Source: a virus (Duplodnaviria > Caudoviricetes). From it: a DNA stretch of 26,077 bases. This document shows, piece by piece, positions 6,055 to 16,299 of the stretch. The stretch spans positions 1 through 26,077 of the IMG/VR virus record IMGVR_UViG_3300032216_001518; one strand, written 5' to 3'. A program made the position numbers and the translations under genes. A model generated the notes under the pieces. That model made no database searches and was not told where the DNA came from. It was given only the letters and a program-made list of their open reading frames with translations. Positions within the stretch are counted from its first letter, which is position 1; the number at the start of each line of letters is the position of its first letter.

Positions 6055-7047
6055 TTAGTAGGTCTTGGCGATGACGATGGAGTCCTCCAGGCCGCTCACC
6101 GTCGAGGAGAGCGCCCAGCCCCACAGGGTCGCCGCCGCGCTGTTGACGATGCTAGCAGTCTGCGTTGAGGTGCCGTCCGCCACGCCGAGCCAGCCGCCGA
6201 CGGTGTTGGTCGGAGCAGCGTCGTACTCCAGTTGGACCCCGCCGCGGGCGAAGGTGGGCCCGGCGCTCTCCCACTTGGCCGTCGCCGAGTTGGCGGTGGC
6301 GTACCGGATGTGCGCCATGCGGATCGCGCGGGTGGTGGTCGCGCCGACGGTGTAGACGAAGGCGTGCGGTGCTCCGTTCGTGTTGGCGTGCTTTCCAAAC
6401 GCCCCCGCGCCGGTAGAAGTCGAGCTACGCCACGTACTGATCATGTCCGAGATGCCGGACACCATGCCGCCGTAGCGGTAGCCGTCCGACTCCTGGAAGC
6501 CGGTCACGCCCTGGACGATGGCCCCGTAGTGCGCCGTGAGAACGCTGGTCGTGCTGACGCGGGCCTGGATCCACACGTCGTAGAGCGACGACCACACCCG
6601 CATTTCCCCGGCCGTCGAGCCGGACGACACAGAGAAGCGGCTGTATCCGGCGAAGGTGCAGACGGAGCCGGAGCCGCCGCTTTGGTAGAAGGGACCGGCA
6701 TTTTGCCACGCGATGTAGTTGCCGGCGGCGTTGTCGCACAGGCCGATGAACAGGTTCGCTGCCGTGTAGCTGTCGCCGCCGAGCGAGAGCATCGTCGGCG
6801 ACGGGGACGGGGTGCCGGAGTCGTGGACGGCGAGGATGATCCGGCTGTTGCGCGGGCCGAAGGCGTTGGAGTAGATCGCCTGCGACCCTGCCGTCGTGTC
6901 GCGCGTCCAGGTGAGGATGCCGCCGGCCGTCGATGCGCCGGTGTCCACGTCCGTCGCGGTCGCAAGGACCGTGGCGAGGGCGGCCATGATGCCCGCGGCG
7001 TCGGCGGTGGCGGGTACGGCGGTGCCGAGGTGGTAGCGGGTGGGCAT
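6055..7047 (-). CDS. Putative virion/tail-tip structural protein (330 aa)
   Basis: TAATG overlap puts the start at 7047 (MPTRYHLGT...). G/S/T-rich, beta-type composition, at the end of the tail module. Confidence 0.65.
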   Translation of the reverse strand: MPTRYHLGTAVPATADAAGIMAALATVLATATDVDTGASTAGGILTWTRDTTAGSQAIYSNAFGPRNSRIILAVHDSGTPSPSPTMLSLGGDSYTAANLFIGLCDNAAGNYIAWQNAGPFYQSGGSGSVCTFAGYSRFSVSSGSTAGEMRVWSSLYDVWIQARVSTTSVLTAHYGAIVQGVTGFQESDGYRYGGMVSGISDMISTWRSSTSTGAGAFGKHANTNGAPHAFVYTVGATTTRAIRMAHIRYATANSATAKWESAGPTFARGGVQLEYDAAPTNTVGGWLGVADGTSTQTASIVNSAAATLWGWALSSTVSGLEDSIVIAKTY

Positions 7048-8090
7048 TACGGCTTGTCCGTCGAGGTGCAAGAGGGGACATCGGTGAGGGTGCGGCCCTC
7101 GATGAACACGTCGCCGCGGGCGAGGAGGCCGACCACGACGGGGGCGGCCCACGTCACGACGCCGCTGCGCATCTGGAGGGTCATCCCCTCGGTCGCGCCA
7201 GCCGCGAGCCGCGCGTTGGTCCCGCCGCGCCGGATGATCAGGTCCTCGTTCGTGGTCGTGGGCGCGAGCGCGTCGAAGGCCGCCGACGCCGTGGTCTGCC
7301 CCGTGCCGCCGCTGCCGATGGCGATGGGGGTGGTGATGCCGTACCCGGCGAGAGTGGTGGGGGTGCTCGCGACATCTGACCACGGGACGGTCGACGACAC
7401 GGACCACGTCGAGGTGCCAGTACGCTTGGCGTAGCCGGTGCCGGAGAGCCCTTCGAGCGCCGCGAGGTCGTCGGCGAGGGCGAAGGTGGGCGACCCCGAC
7501 ACGCCCCCGTTGCTGCTGATGGTGAGCCCCGCAGCCGGCGCGGTGAGTACCCGCGTGGTCCACGTCCCCGGCCCGGTGCGGACGGCGATCCCGGTGGTGA
7601 AAAGGCCGGCCACCGCGTCGAGGTCGGCGTCCCAGGCTTGAACGTCCGTGCCGATAATAGGAGTGCCCGTCACCGAGCTGTACGCCGGGGTGATGAGCAC
7701 GTCCGAGAGGGCGGTCGTCCGGCCGTAGGCGTCCACGGTGACGGTGACGGCCCGCGTCGCGCTGCCCTTGCTCGCCGCGGTGACGCCGGACACGTCGAGG
7801 GCAAGGGTCCGGTCAGCCGAGAGCGCGCCGCCGCCGGTGAGGCCGGTCCCGGCGCTCACGGTACGGGTGGCCGGAACGAAGCCCGTGTGCCCCGCGCTCG
7901 CATAGTCGAGGTGGGAGAGGGTGGCGTGGTCGGAGGAGCCGCCTCCAGAACCAGCAACCGTGAGCGTCAGCCGGCGCCCGGACACGGTCGGCGTGATGGT
8001 GACGCCCGAGCCGGCGGCAATCTCCAGCTCCTGCGGGTTGGCCTGCCCCGAGTAGACGAATCGCTGTAGCTTGCCGTCACCGAGGCTCAT
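7047..8090 (-). CDS. Tail fibre-like protein
   Basis: Fibre-type segments AGTGLTGGG, IGTDVQAWDADL, TPTTLAGYGIT and GGTGQTTA. T/G/A/S-rich. Confidence 0.7.
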   Translation of the reverse strand: MSLGDGKLQRFVYSGQANPQELEIAAGSGVTITPTVSGRRLTLTVAGSGGGSSDHATLSHLDYASAGHTGFVPATRTVSAGTGLTGGGALSADRTLALDVSGVTAASKGSATRAVTVTVDAYGRTTALSDVLITPAYSSVTGTPIIGTDVQAWDADLDAVAGLFTTGIAVRTGPGTWTTRVLTAPAAGLTISSNGGVSGSPTFALADDLAALEGLSGTGYAKRTGTSTWSVSSTVPWSDVASTPTTLAGYGITTPIAIGSGGTGQTTASAAFDALAPTTTNEDLIIRRGGTNARLAAGATEGMTLQMRSGVVTWAAPVVVGLLARGDVFIEGRTLTDVPSCTSTDKP

Positions 8091-9874
8091 GCTGCTCTCC
8101 AGAGGTCAATCCCGGGCCAGCGCCGGAGTATGCATTGCACCTCTACCACGTCCGTCTCCCCGAGCGTCATCCGCTCAATGAGGGCGACGCAGCGGGAGAG
8201 GCCGAGGCGGGCGCGGGTGAGGATGACGACCGCGCCCTGTTCCTTGCCGGCGGCGCGCTCGGGGGTGAGGCGCAGCGTGGCGCGCTCCAACGGCATCGCC
8301 CGGGACGCCGCGCGCCAGGCGAGCACGGCGAAGGCGGTGGCGTCGTCGTAAATCACGTCCGTCTCCAGTACATCGGCCACCAAGGGCTCCAACCCCTGCG
8401 CCCGTCGGCGGGTGGTGGCGGCGACACAGAGCGCGTTGGGAAGCATCCGAGGCTGGTTCGCGTCGAACGGGTCCGCGCTCACCCGCGCTGAAATCGTTGT
8501 CTCACCCGTCCGCGCGCAGAAGCCGTATCGGAGGGTGAAGTCGGTCGCGAGGCGCTGCGAGTCGGACTTGATGGGCGTCAGGAACTCCACGTCCGAGTCG
8601 ACGTCGCCGTCGAAGTGGTCGATCGCGTCCGCGGCCGTCGCGTCCCAGCGCCACACCCGGTAGTAGTAGCCCTCGCCGCCTGCCTCGATGCTCACGGGGA
8701 GCACGGGGAGGAGGGCGTCACGGAGCCACGTCCACGGGTCGACGGGCTGGTCAATCACGGCGTCGATCTTGAAGCGCGAGAGGAGCGACGCCTGCGCGGC
8801 ACACCGGCCGTGGTCGACGGGCTGGCCGGACTGCTCCAACGCCCAGCGGATCACGTCCCCGGCGTCGCGAAGCATTCGCCCGCGGTAGAGCTGGCCGCCC
8901 TTATGGTCGATCGAGTCGTACCACGAGACGTACAGCTGCGGCTGAACGTCGGTAACTACCATGTTGTGAACCGAGTTGTGCCCGAGGCCGTAGGTGTCGA
9001 CGCTGTCGGACTCGGTCGCGCTGAACGTGTAGTGGCCGATCGTGCCGTCGTAGGTGTAAGGGTCGCCGGTGCCGCTGTAGGAGTAATACCAGAGCAGAAC
9101 GGCGACGGGCTGGCGGAGGGCGTCAAACCCGTTGGTCACCTTCGCGCGAAAGCCCGCCGTGAAGTCGTCCGAGGACACAATCACGCGCTCGGTCTGGACG
9201 TGGTGGGTGGCGATGACCGCGGTGAGGCCGGACCAGCCGCTCACCCGGGACACGTCACCGAAGTCGACCCACAACGCCTTGGATCCGCTGATCCGGCCCT
9301 GCGCCTGGATGTCGGTCGCGACGACGCCGGGGGTGCCGATGATGATCGGGTAGGGCAGGCCAAGCCACTCCTCGGAGAGCGTCGTGATCGTGCTCCACGT
9401 CGTCCCAGTCACGATCTGCGTCGGCGCCGGCATGACCGCGGGCTGTGAGTAGAGCGTTTGCGCCATCGTGAGCGACACCGGCTCGCCCTCGGCGCCGTAC
9501 TGCGGCCCCTGGACGATGCCGTCGAACACGACGCGGCGTAGGCTCCAATCGGTGCCCTCGACCCACTGCGAGAGCGTCACCCGAGCGCCGTCGAGGATCT
9601 GGCCCTGGGAGATCAGGGTCGCCACGTCCACCGGGAAGATCGCGTCAAGGTTCACGGTGTTCTGGCCGGCGCTGTCGTTCAGGATCTCCATCTGTTCGTT
9701 CACATCGAGGTCGTCGAACCCGGCGATGAAGTGCAGGGTGGTCCCGCTCGCCGAATCGGTGATGTCAATGTCGGCGCCCGCGAGCCGGAGCGGGGCGCCG
9801 CCGAAGTAGAGCTCGACCAGCCACCACGGGCGCCCGGCCTTGAGCGCGGTCGGTGAGAGGTACTCGTACGGCAT
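8087..9874 (-). CDS. Putative tail hub/baseplate (Tal-position) protein
   Basis: 595 aa, second gene after the tape measure. Contains a PYPIIIG motif and a hub-like N/C-terminal layout. The call rests mainly on synteny. Confidence 0.6.
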   Translation of the reverse strand: MPYEYLSPTALKAGRPWWLVELYFGGAPLRLAGADIDITDSASGTTLHFIAGFDDLDVNEQMEILNDSAGQNTVNLDAIFPVDVATLISQGQILDGARVTLSQWVEGTDWSLRRVVFDGIVQGPQYGAEGEPVSLTMAQTLYSQPAVMPAPTQIVTGTTWSTITTLSEEWLGLPYPIIIGTPGVVATDIQAQGRISGSKALWVDFGDVSRVSGWSGLTAVIATHHVQTERVIVSSDDFTAGFRAKVTNGFDALRQPVAVLLWYYSYSGTGDPYTYDGTIGHYTFSATESDSVDTYGLGHNSVHNMVVTDVQPQLYVSWYDSIDHKGGQLYRGRMLRDAGDVIRWALEQSGQPVDHGRCAAQASLLSRFKIDAVIDQPVDPWTWLRDALLPVLPVSIEAGGEGYYYRVWRWDATAADAIDHFDGDVDSDVEFLTPIKSDSQRLATDFTLRYGFCARTGETTISARVSADPFDANQPRMLPNALCVAATTRRRAQGLEPLVADVLETDVIYDDATAFAVLAWRAASRAMPLERATLRLTPERAAGKEQGAVVILTRARLGLSRCVALIERMTLGETDVVEVQCILRRWPGIDLWRAA

Positions 9875-12800
9875 CAGACCACCTCAAGGAGCCGGACGGT
9901 GCCGCCCCGGACGAGCTCGTTGGTCATCTCGTCGCCGACCACCACGTCCGTCTGGAACGTGTCCGTCTCGATCCATGCGTACAGGAGCCGCTGGGGGTCG
10001 TTCACCTGTACCGGCGTGCTGTCGGTCGGGGCGCTGGCGAGCTGCGGCACGTCAGGGGCGTAGACGATGGGCACCATCTGGCCGGCGCGGCGCAACATGC
10101 CCTCCACCCGGCCGGGCACGTCGACCCGAACCTTGCTGATGGGCGGTGCGGAGCCGTAGCCCATCGTCATGTAGTTGGCGGTGCCGGCCCACTCCGCATC
10201 CGTCGTGTAGCCGTCCGTGAAGGGCAGGTCGACCGAGAGGCGCGCGGGGAGGATGCGGCGGCTGTGCGTCGACCCGTAGCGGCCCTCAACGCGCTCGGTG
10301 CCGGTGTACGTCGTCCACGACCGGTAGGCGTAGTCGCGCGGGCCGAGGACATGGACGCGACCGACGGCCATGGTGCCAACGGTGAAGTAGGACGCGACGC
10401 CGGTGTTCCCCGTGGTTGGAATCCGGAGCGTGAGCGTGTCCGTGGAGGTGGTCAACTGGGTGATGATGAGCACCCGGTCAGACCAGATTTGCCCAGTTGT
10501 ACCCGTTGCAAGGTCGGCGCCGTCGTAGGCGTCCAGCGTGAGTCGCGTGGGCCGGTAGCCCGTCACGGCGCCCGCGAGCCAGTCGCCCGACGTGTTCGTC
10601 TGGATGAGCCTCGCGTTGCCCCCGATGCTGTCCACCCAGTAGCAGCCCGCGAGCCGGTGTTCTTGGGCCGGGGTGCCCAGCGCCGAGCCGCCCGCCTTGG
10701 GGGTGATCAGGTTGCGGGTCCGGTCGAACGCGAGGCCACCCTTGAGGAGGAGGCTCACGTCCGCGATCTTCGTGGTAGCGCCGCTGTCCTGATAGAGCGC
10801 GGCCGTCTTGAAATTGCAGCCTTGCAGGTAGACCCCGATCAGGTCGCCCGCCACAAGGCCCATGTCCAGCGTCAGGGTGATGTCCTGATTTACGGACACG
10901 CCCGTCGACCTCCACGGGCGCCGGGGGGAGGGGGCCGAGAACGGATCGAGGTTGGTCACGCCGTAGTCGTAGGTGGTCGCGAGCGTCCACGTATCGCCGC
11001 GCACCGTGGGGCCGGAGGTTGCGTTGATTTGCGCGCCCCGGAACAGGTGCTTAGGCGTTGACGCGGAACCGAAGAACCGGCCGCGCACCGTCGCAGCGTC
11101 GTAGCAGTTGGACGGGCCGACGTACGTTCCCGAGGTGTAGGCGGCCCACTGCCAGGTGATGTCGCTGGCGCCGAGGATGTTGGAGAAGCTGACCAGCGAG
11201 GTCGCGCTGTTGTCCTTGGACAACGTGGTCGACCCGCCGATCGAGGTCCATGGGCGCGCTTGATAGATGTTGTTCGTCTGAAGGGACGCGGTTGACCGAT
11301 ACCACGCCTGACAATACCCCACGTTGGACGTGAACGTATTGGACGGCTGCCCGACCGCAATCCGCACCTCGATGCCGCTAAGCGCGTCGACGGTGGTGAC
11401 CGTGGCGAGGTCGGCCGCTGCCACGAGGTCCCGAAGTACGATGTTCGTCGCAGTCGCGGTCACCCGAACCCAGAACGAATGCACACCGTCCGACGCGCGC
11501 ACCTCAAAGGCCGCGGATCCCGTCGTGAGGTCGAACCGGAGCGTCGCGAGGACGCCACGCCCTTCCTTGCCGGCGTCGATCGTCGGGGACGCATACCACT
11601 TTTGGCTTTCACCGCCCGTCGTGGTCGCGTTGAGCCCGGCGGTGACGAACGTGTTGACCGGGCTCCCGGTGTGGCTTTCCGACCACGTACCGGCTGCGTC
11701 CGTGGGGAGGTTGACAGGCAGATAGACCGCATCCCAGCCGGCGACGTTGACGCCGAGGTCCGCCGATCCGTCATCCGGCATCGGGACGTTGGTGTAGCCG
11801 CCGAGATAGGCGACGTGGAGCGAGTCATCCGCCGAGGTGGCCGCCGCCGTGAAGCGGTGAACCATGAGCATACGCCCACGTTCAGGGGAGACCGCGATGT
11901 CCCGGATCCGCGTCGTTGCGTCACCGGAGTTGTAGATCTCCAGCCCGAGCGCAGGCCCACGGCTCTGGTATGTCGACGTCCACGTCGCGCCGCCCGTCGT
12001 GCTGATGGACGCCGTGACCCCGTAGGTGGACGCCGAGTTGCCCCGGCCGTACAGGTACAGGGTGCCGTCGTCGTCGGCCGCAAGGGCGCATTCCGCCGAC
12101 GTGAAGGCCCCCGCCGTGTAGATGCCCCACTCGGTCGTGTCCGAGGCGCTACACGCGAGGACGGGCGACGAGGTGGTCAGGGCTTGGAACGCGGACCCGA
12201 GGCGGTAGAGGCGCGGGCCGTAGATCGGGGCGTAGGGGCCGGCGGGCAACTTCTCGATGACGGCAACGAGGATCTCCCCGTTGTAGGCGATGGCATCCAG
12301 GTTGCTCTTGTCCGCGGTGCTGAACGTCTCGATCTTGGTCATCGTACTGCCGGACCCGTCGCCGGCCCAATGCTGGATGATGTCGCTTGAGTCTTGGATC
12401 CAGAGGAACAGCGCGATATGCCCGTTGAGGTAGGCGGCGCGGATCCGGTTGATGGTGCTCGACGCATGGCCGCACGGCGCGTCGAGTACGTTCGTGGCGC
12501 CCGTGGACCACGTCGCGCCGTTGTCGTCGCTGTAGTGCATCCGGATCTGCGTCTTGGTGGTCGACTCGGCATGCGTCGAGAAGCAGAGCACCCGGCCGCT
12601 GGGGGTGACGCACAGGCACGCCTGCGGGGCCGTGGCGCCGGTGCGGACGGTGACCGAGGTCCACGAGAACAGTATCGGCTTGTACCAGACCACCACGTCC
12701 GACGTCGCGTTGATGGTGGACACGAGCACCAGCCCGGACGGAAGGCGGGCGGCGTGGAACCCCGTCCAGTAGTTGGCCGTAATGGACCGGTTCAGGCACT

Positions 12801-13098
12801 CTCGGTCAGACACCGCCGTCGGCGGGTCCCACGAGAACGTGTAGCCCCCCGCCGTCCATCGGTACGTCGCGCCAAGGGCTTCGGGAGAGCCCGCACGGTG
12901 CGTCAGGATGGTGGCGGTGCAGTCGATCGAGGCGTCGATCGTGCCCGAGGACACCAGCGCCATGGACGTGGCCTGCGACGGCGTGATCGAGCCCGCACGG
13001 GCGCCGGCTTGGGACGTGGCCGAGGCGTACTTGCCCTGCGTCCGGGTGTCCGGCTCAACGAGGATCCGGAAGTCGCCGGTCGGCTGGTCTTGGCTCAT
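9874..13098 (-). CDS. Large tail protein with Asp-box/BNR (sialidase-like propeller) repeats
   Basis: 1074 aa immediately after the tape measure, with YSDDNGATW and STTGGATW Asp-box-like motifs. Beta-rich. Confidence 0.7.
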   Translation of the reverse strand: MSQDQPTGDFRILVEPDTRTQGKYASATSQAGARAGSITPSQATSMALVSSGTIDASIDCTATILTHRAGSPEALGATYRWTAGGYTFSWDPPTAVSDRECLNRSITANYWTGFHAARLPSGLVLVSTINATSDVVVWYKPILFSWTSVTVRTGATAPQACLCVTPSGRVLCFSTHAESTTKTQIRMHYSDDNGATWSTGATNVLDAPCGHASSTINRIRAAYLNGHIALFLWIQDSSDIIQHWAGDGSGSTMTKIETFSTADKSNLDAIAYNGEILVAVIEKLPAGPYAPIYGPRLYRLGSAFQALTTSSPVLACSASDTTEWGIYTAGAFTSAECALAADDDGTLYLYGRGNSASTYGVTASISTTGGATWTSTYQSRGPALGLEIYNSGDATTRIRDIAVSPERGRMLMVHRFTAAATSADDSLHVAYLGGYTNVPMPDDGSADLGVNVAGWDAVYLPVNLPTDAAGTWSESHTGSPVNTFVTAGLNATTTGGESQKWYASPTIDAGKEGRGVLATLRFDLTTGSAAFEVRASDGVHSFWVRVTATATNIVLRDLVAAADLATVTTVDALSGIEVRIAVGQPSNTFTSNVGYCQAWYRSTASLQTNNIYQARPWTSIGGSTTLSKDNSATSLVSFSNILGASDITWQWAAYTSGTYVGPSNCYDAATVRGRFFGSASTPKHLFRGAQINATSGPTVRGDTWTLATTYDYGVTNLDPFSAPSPRRPWRSTGVSVNQDITLTLDMGLVAGDLIGVYLQGCNFKTAALYQDSGATTKIADVSLLLKGGLAFDRTRNLITPKAGGSALGTPAQEHRLAGCYWVDSIGGNARLIQTNTSGDWLAGAVTGYRPTRLTLDAYDGADLATGTTGQIWSDRVLIITQLTTSTDTLTLRIPTTGNTGVASYFTVGTMAVGRVHVLGPRDYAYRSWTTYTGTERVEGRYGSTHSRRILPARLSVDLPFTDGYTTDAEWAGTANYMTMGYGSAPPISKVRVDVPGRVEGMLRRAGQMVPIVYAPDVPQLASAPTDSTPVQVNDPQRLLYAWIETDTFQTDVVVGDEMTNELVRGGTVRLLEVV

Positions 13099-13099
13099 G

Positions 13100-15133
13100 T
13101 CAACGCCTCCAAGGCCGCGTATTCCGCGCCATGAGCTCGGTGTAGGGGTCGCCGGCGCGGATCGCGTCGTATTTCACATGCTGCATCTGCCGGTCGTTCT
13201 TGTAGACGGTCACGGCGACGATCTGGCCACCGGCCGACGGGGTGGCGCCAGCGTTCGCATTCTTGACGGCTGTGGGGCCGCCCATCGCCGTGATGCCCTG
13301 GGGGGTGAGTATGCCCATGCCCTCGCGCTTGAGCATCCGACTCGGGGGGCCTGCCATCTCGTCGGGGGCGTAGCCGGAGTGGAAGGCGGGTTGTTGGCCG
13401 GCGATGGTGGCGACCTCGACGGCCCCCGTGGCGCCCGCTGCGATGGCCTGGGGGATGCTGTAGGGCGGCCCGGGGGGGTTCGCCAGCGCCGAGGTGACGG
13501 CGGCGGCGGTGTTGATGACCGCGGCGGCGATCTTGGCGGCCTTCTCAATCTCGAAGGCACGGCGGGCGGCGCGCTTGGACGCTTCAAGCCGCTTCTGGAG
13601 CTCGCGCTTCTGGCTGTCGGTGTAGTAGGCATCGCCGGCCGCCAGTTGGTCGGTGAGGGCGGTGACGTTCTCGTTGGCGTGCTCGTACACGCCCTGCATG
13701 GCGTCGGCCGCCTTGGATGCGAAGTCAGCCGCCGTCGAAAGTGCCTGCTGAACCGCCGCCATCTGTTGCTTGCGGGCGGTCTCCTCGGACTTGGCGCGCT
13801 TCTTGGCCTCGTCAGCCTTGATGCGCGTGATCTCGGCCTCGGTGGCCTCGGTCTCGGCGACGATCCGGGCGTCGTAGAACTCGCGGATTCCGGCCCGCTC
13901 CTCCTCGCTGTGCGCGAGGTTGAGCGTCGCCTGTTCCTCAATGCCAATCGCCTTGAGGCGGTCGGTGAGCCCCGCAGATGCCTTGTCGGCGGCGGACATC
14001 TGCGCAATCTCCAGGGCGCGCACCGCGTCGATCTGCTTGACGATCGCGGCAGTGATCGCGTCCTGACGGTCGATCTCAACCTTGGCGTCTGCCTGGGTGG
14101 TGTCCCACTCCTTCTGCCACGCCTCTTGTGCCGCACGGAACGCCTCGGCGAGGGCCTGTTCGTGCTTCGTGCGTTCCGCGAGGACGCGGTTGGACTCCTC
14201 CAGGGCGTCCTGATACTCGCCCTCGATCGCGACTTGCTGTTGCGCGACGACCAGTTGCTTCTGGTCGATCTCGTACTTGTCCCGGGCCGCCTTGAGGTCG
14301 GCGCGGATGCCCATGCCTCCCTCACTGCCGAGCGCGCCCAAGAGATCGGCGCGCTTGCCCGCGTCGGTGGTCGTCTTGAGGAGGGCTGCGGCAGCGTCGG
14401 CCTGCTGTTGGAGGCGGTCGACCTCTGCCTTATCGGCGTCGAGGTTGGATGCGGCCATGTCCGCGAGGGCGCGTGACTTCTGTTCGGCAGACGCGGCGCC
14501 CTTGCTGATCTGGCCGTTGATGATGTCGAGGTCGGCCTGAACGACCGACGCAGCGTCGGTGAACCGCTTCCAAGCGTCGTTCAGCTTGTCGATCGCCTCC
14601 TGTGCCGGCTTCGCCTGCTTGGCCTGGTCGTACAGCGCCGTGTTGAGGATGTTGCTCTTGACGATGGCGTCGTCCGAGGCGACGGCGAGGCCAGCCATGA
14701 CTGCGACGAGGGGCACGGCGCCGGCTGCGGTGACGGCAAGCGCAGATGCGGCGATGACGCCCATACCGGCGAAGCTCATACCCATGAGGTCAAGTGCCCC
14801 GGCGACCTGCGGACCCTGCTGGACGAGGATGGTGAACGGGCTCGTCCCCGTCGAAAGCTGGCTCGCCACGTCGGAAAGCTGGTTCCCGAGGTTCACCAGC
14901 CCCGCCTTGGACCGGGCGGCGCTCTTGGTGACCTCGGCGCCGGCCGATGCGGCTTCCTTCGCGCCCTTTGACGCGGACTTTGCCTGCGTCTCGACGGCCT
15001 TGATGCTCTTGTTGAGCTCCGACGCCATCGCCTTGGCGTTTTCGGCCGTGATGCCCGGAATCTTGCCCATCTCGGCCCGGAACTGGTCCAAGCGCGCGAC
15101 GATGTCAATCCCGACGACCTCGTTACCGGCCAT
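13100..15133 (-). CDS. Tail tape measure protein
   Basis: 677 aa, Ala-rich and helical. NLGNQLSDVASQLSTGTSPFTILVQQGPQV is the lambda-type TMP signature. C-terminal FHSG..DE motif. Confidence 0.92.
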   Translation of the reverse strand: MAGNEVVGIDIVARLDQFRAEMGKIPGITAENAKAMASELNKSIKAVETQAKSASKGAKEAASAGAEVTKSAARSKAGLVNLGNQLSDVASQLSTGTSPFTILVQQGPQVAGALDLMGMSFAGMGVIAASALAVTAAGAVPLVAVMAGLAVASDDAIVKSNILNTALYDQAKQAKPAQEAIDKLNDAWKRFTDAASVVQADLDIINGQISKGAASAEQKSRALADMAASNLDADKAEVDRLQQQADAAAALLKTTTDAGKRADLLGALGSEGGMGIRADLKAARDKYEIDQKQLVVAQQQVAIEGEYQDALEESNRVLAERTKHEQALAEAFRAAQEAWQKEWDTTQADAKVEIDRQDAITAAIVKQIDAVRALEIAQMSAADKASAGLTDRLKAIGIEEQATLNLAHSEEERAGIREFYDARIVAETEATEAEITRIKADEAKKRAKSEETARKQQMAAVQQALSTAADFASKAADAMQGVYEHANENVTALTDQLAAGDAYYTDSQKRELQKRLEASKRAARRAFEIEKAAKIAAAVINTAAAVTSALANPPGPPYSIPQAIAAGATGAVEVATIAGQQPAFHSGYAPDEMAGPPSRMLKREGMGILTPQGITAMGGPTAVKNANAGATPSAGGQIVAVTVYKNDRQMQHVKYDAIRAGDPYTELMARNTRPWRR

Positions 15134-15719
15134 AGGTGCCCCGTGCGGTGATCGCCCGCCCGAGCTCGGGGAGGACCACCTTGATCTTGGCTCGCATCGG
15201 CTTCCGGATCAACTCTTGGAGGAGCACCTTGCCGTCCGAGGCGTCGGGGTTGCCCTTTTTCTGGTAGTAGAAACCCGCCTTGACCCCGGCGTGGGGGTCG
15301 TCGAACCGGGCGTGGAACACGGTCGCCGCGGGCGTGCCGCCCTTGGACTTGAGTTGGTTGTACTCGATGCTGGTGATCTGGACGACCACCGTGGAGAGGG
15401 CACGGGGCCGGTGAATGAAGGCCACCGCAGGGCGCCCGCGCTTGTCCTTCCTGGGGTCCGTGGAGCCGACGGTGACCCGCACCTCGCCCCGGGCCTCGTC
15501 GACGGTCGTAACCACCGCCAGGGCGCCGGATTGGCCGGTCTCGCGGTCGACCTGCCGATACCAGACCTCCTCGGCGGCAGCGCGGACCTCCTCGGCGGCG
15601 GCCTCCATGACGTGGATCGCGCCGTTCGTGGCCTGCACCAGCGCCGCTCGGGCGAACGCTTCGAGGTCACCCGTCAGGATGACCGTGGCGGCGCCGTTCG
15701 TGTAGCGGGTGACGTTCAC
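15123..15719 (-). CDS. HK97 gp10-like tail completion/neck protein
   Basis: Helical MEAAAEEVRAAA..VDRETG followed by VRVTVGS and a basic C-terminal helix. GTGA-coupled to the frameshifted chaperone. Confidence 0.5.
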   Translation of the reverse strand: MNVTRYTNGAATVILTGDLEAFARAALVQATNGAIHVMEAAAEEVRAAAEEVWYRQVDRETGQSGALAVVTTVDEARGEVRVTVGSTDPRKDKRGRPAVAFIHRPRALSTVVVQITSIEYNQLKSKGGTPAATVFHARFDDPHAGVKAGFYYQKKGNPDASDGKVLLQELIRKPMRAKIKVVLPELGRAITARGTYGR

Positions 15720-15877
15720 TTCTGCTTGTCCTGGGAGCGCAGCCGTTCACGGGCGAGGAGCAGGGCGCGCTCCTCGCGGGTCAGTCGAGCGAACCAGCCG
15801 AGATCGCCGTGGCCGTAGGCGAGGGAGAGGTCGAGGGCGATCCGGTCCTTCCACCCTCGCTCCCCTCGGATTTTCCC
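15716..15877 (-). CDS. -1 frameshift extension of the tail assembly chaperone (gpGT-like)
   Basis: After the slippery site the -1 frame reads KIRGERGWKDRIALDLSLAYGHGDLGWFARLTREERALLLARERLRSQDKQK* and stops at 15716, overlapping the next start. Confidence 0.8.
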   Translation of the reverse strand, partial: GKIRGERGWKDRIALDLSLAYGHGDLGWFARLTREERALLLARERLRSQDKQK

Positions 15878-16269
15878 AGCGCCTCGGTGACCTCGGCCTC
15901 ACGCGGGAACAGGTCCTCACGGATAGCCCGCAGGATGGCCGCGCCCGCCTCAATGAGCGCCGAGGTGTCGGCCCCGGGCTGGGACCGGAACCACTCCAGA
16001 AACGCGCCGCCGTACCGGAGCGGGTTGCAGCCGGCCTTGACGTAGTCGAGCTTGGATTCCGTGCCGAGGCGCGTACACAGGCCGACCGTCGCAGCGAGGA
16101 CCCGCAGCATGGGGCCGTTCTCGTTGGTGGCGTTGTGCGCCGCCGCGGAGAGCTCGTCCTTGATGGCATAGCCGGGGTCTCGGTACGAATGCTGGCGCGG
16201 GGGCGGCTCGGGACGATCCGGGGTCGGAGCGTCCGTGAGCAGCGTGACTCGGAGCGGGGTGGTCGACAT
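15781..16269 (-). CDS. Tail assembly chaperone (gpG-like)
   Basis: Follows the major tail gene. Carries the slippery site and then a low-complexity S/T/G tail. Confidence 0.8.
   Translation of the reverse strand: MSTTPLRVTLLTDAPTPDRPEPPPRQHSYRDPGYAIKDELSAAAHNATNENGPMLRVLAATVGLCTRLGTESKLDYVKAGCNPLRYGGAFLEWFRSQPGADTSALIEAGAAILRAIREDLFPREAEVTEALGKSEGSEGGRTGSPSTSPSPTATAISAGSLD
15871..15877 (-). other. Programmed -1 ribosomal frameshift heptamer G GGA AAA
   Basis: Minus strand reads CTG GGA AAA TCC (L-G-K-S). This is X XXY YYZ in the correct phase, in the gene after the major tail protein, as in lambda G/T. Confidence 0.85.
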
Positions 16270-16299
16270 GCGTTCTCTCTCGGTTGCGGGGCCAGTCTA

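Noticed and set aside
6055-7563. Extended starts from the ORF track (7563, also 17004, 17563, 3304, 4208, 2461, 2200)
   Set aside because: The extensions overlap neighbouring genes and have nonsense-like composition. Internal starts with an SD or stop-start overlap fit better.
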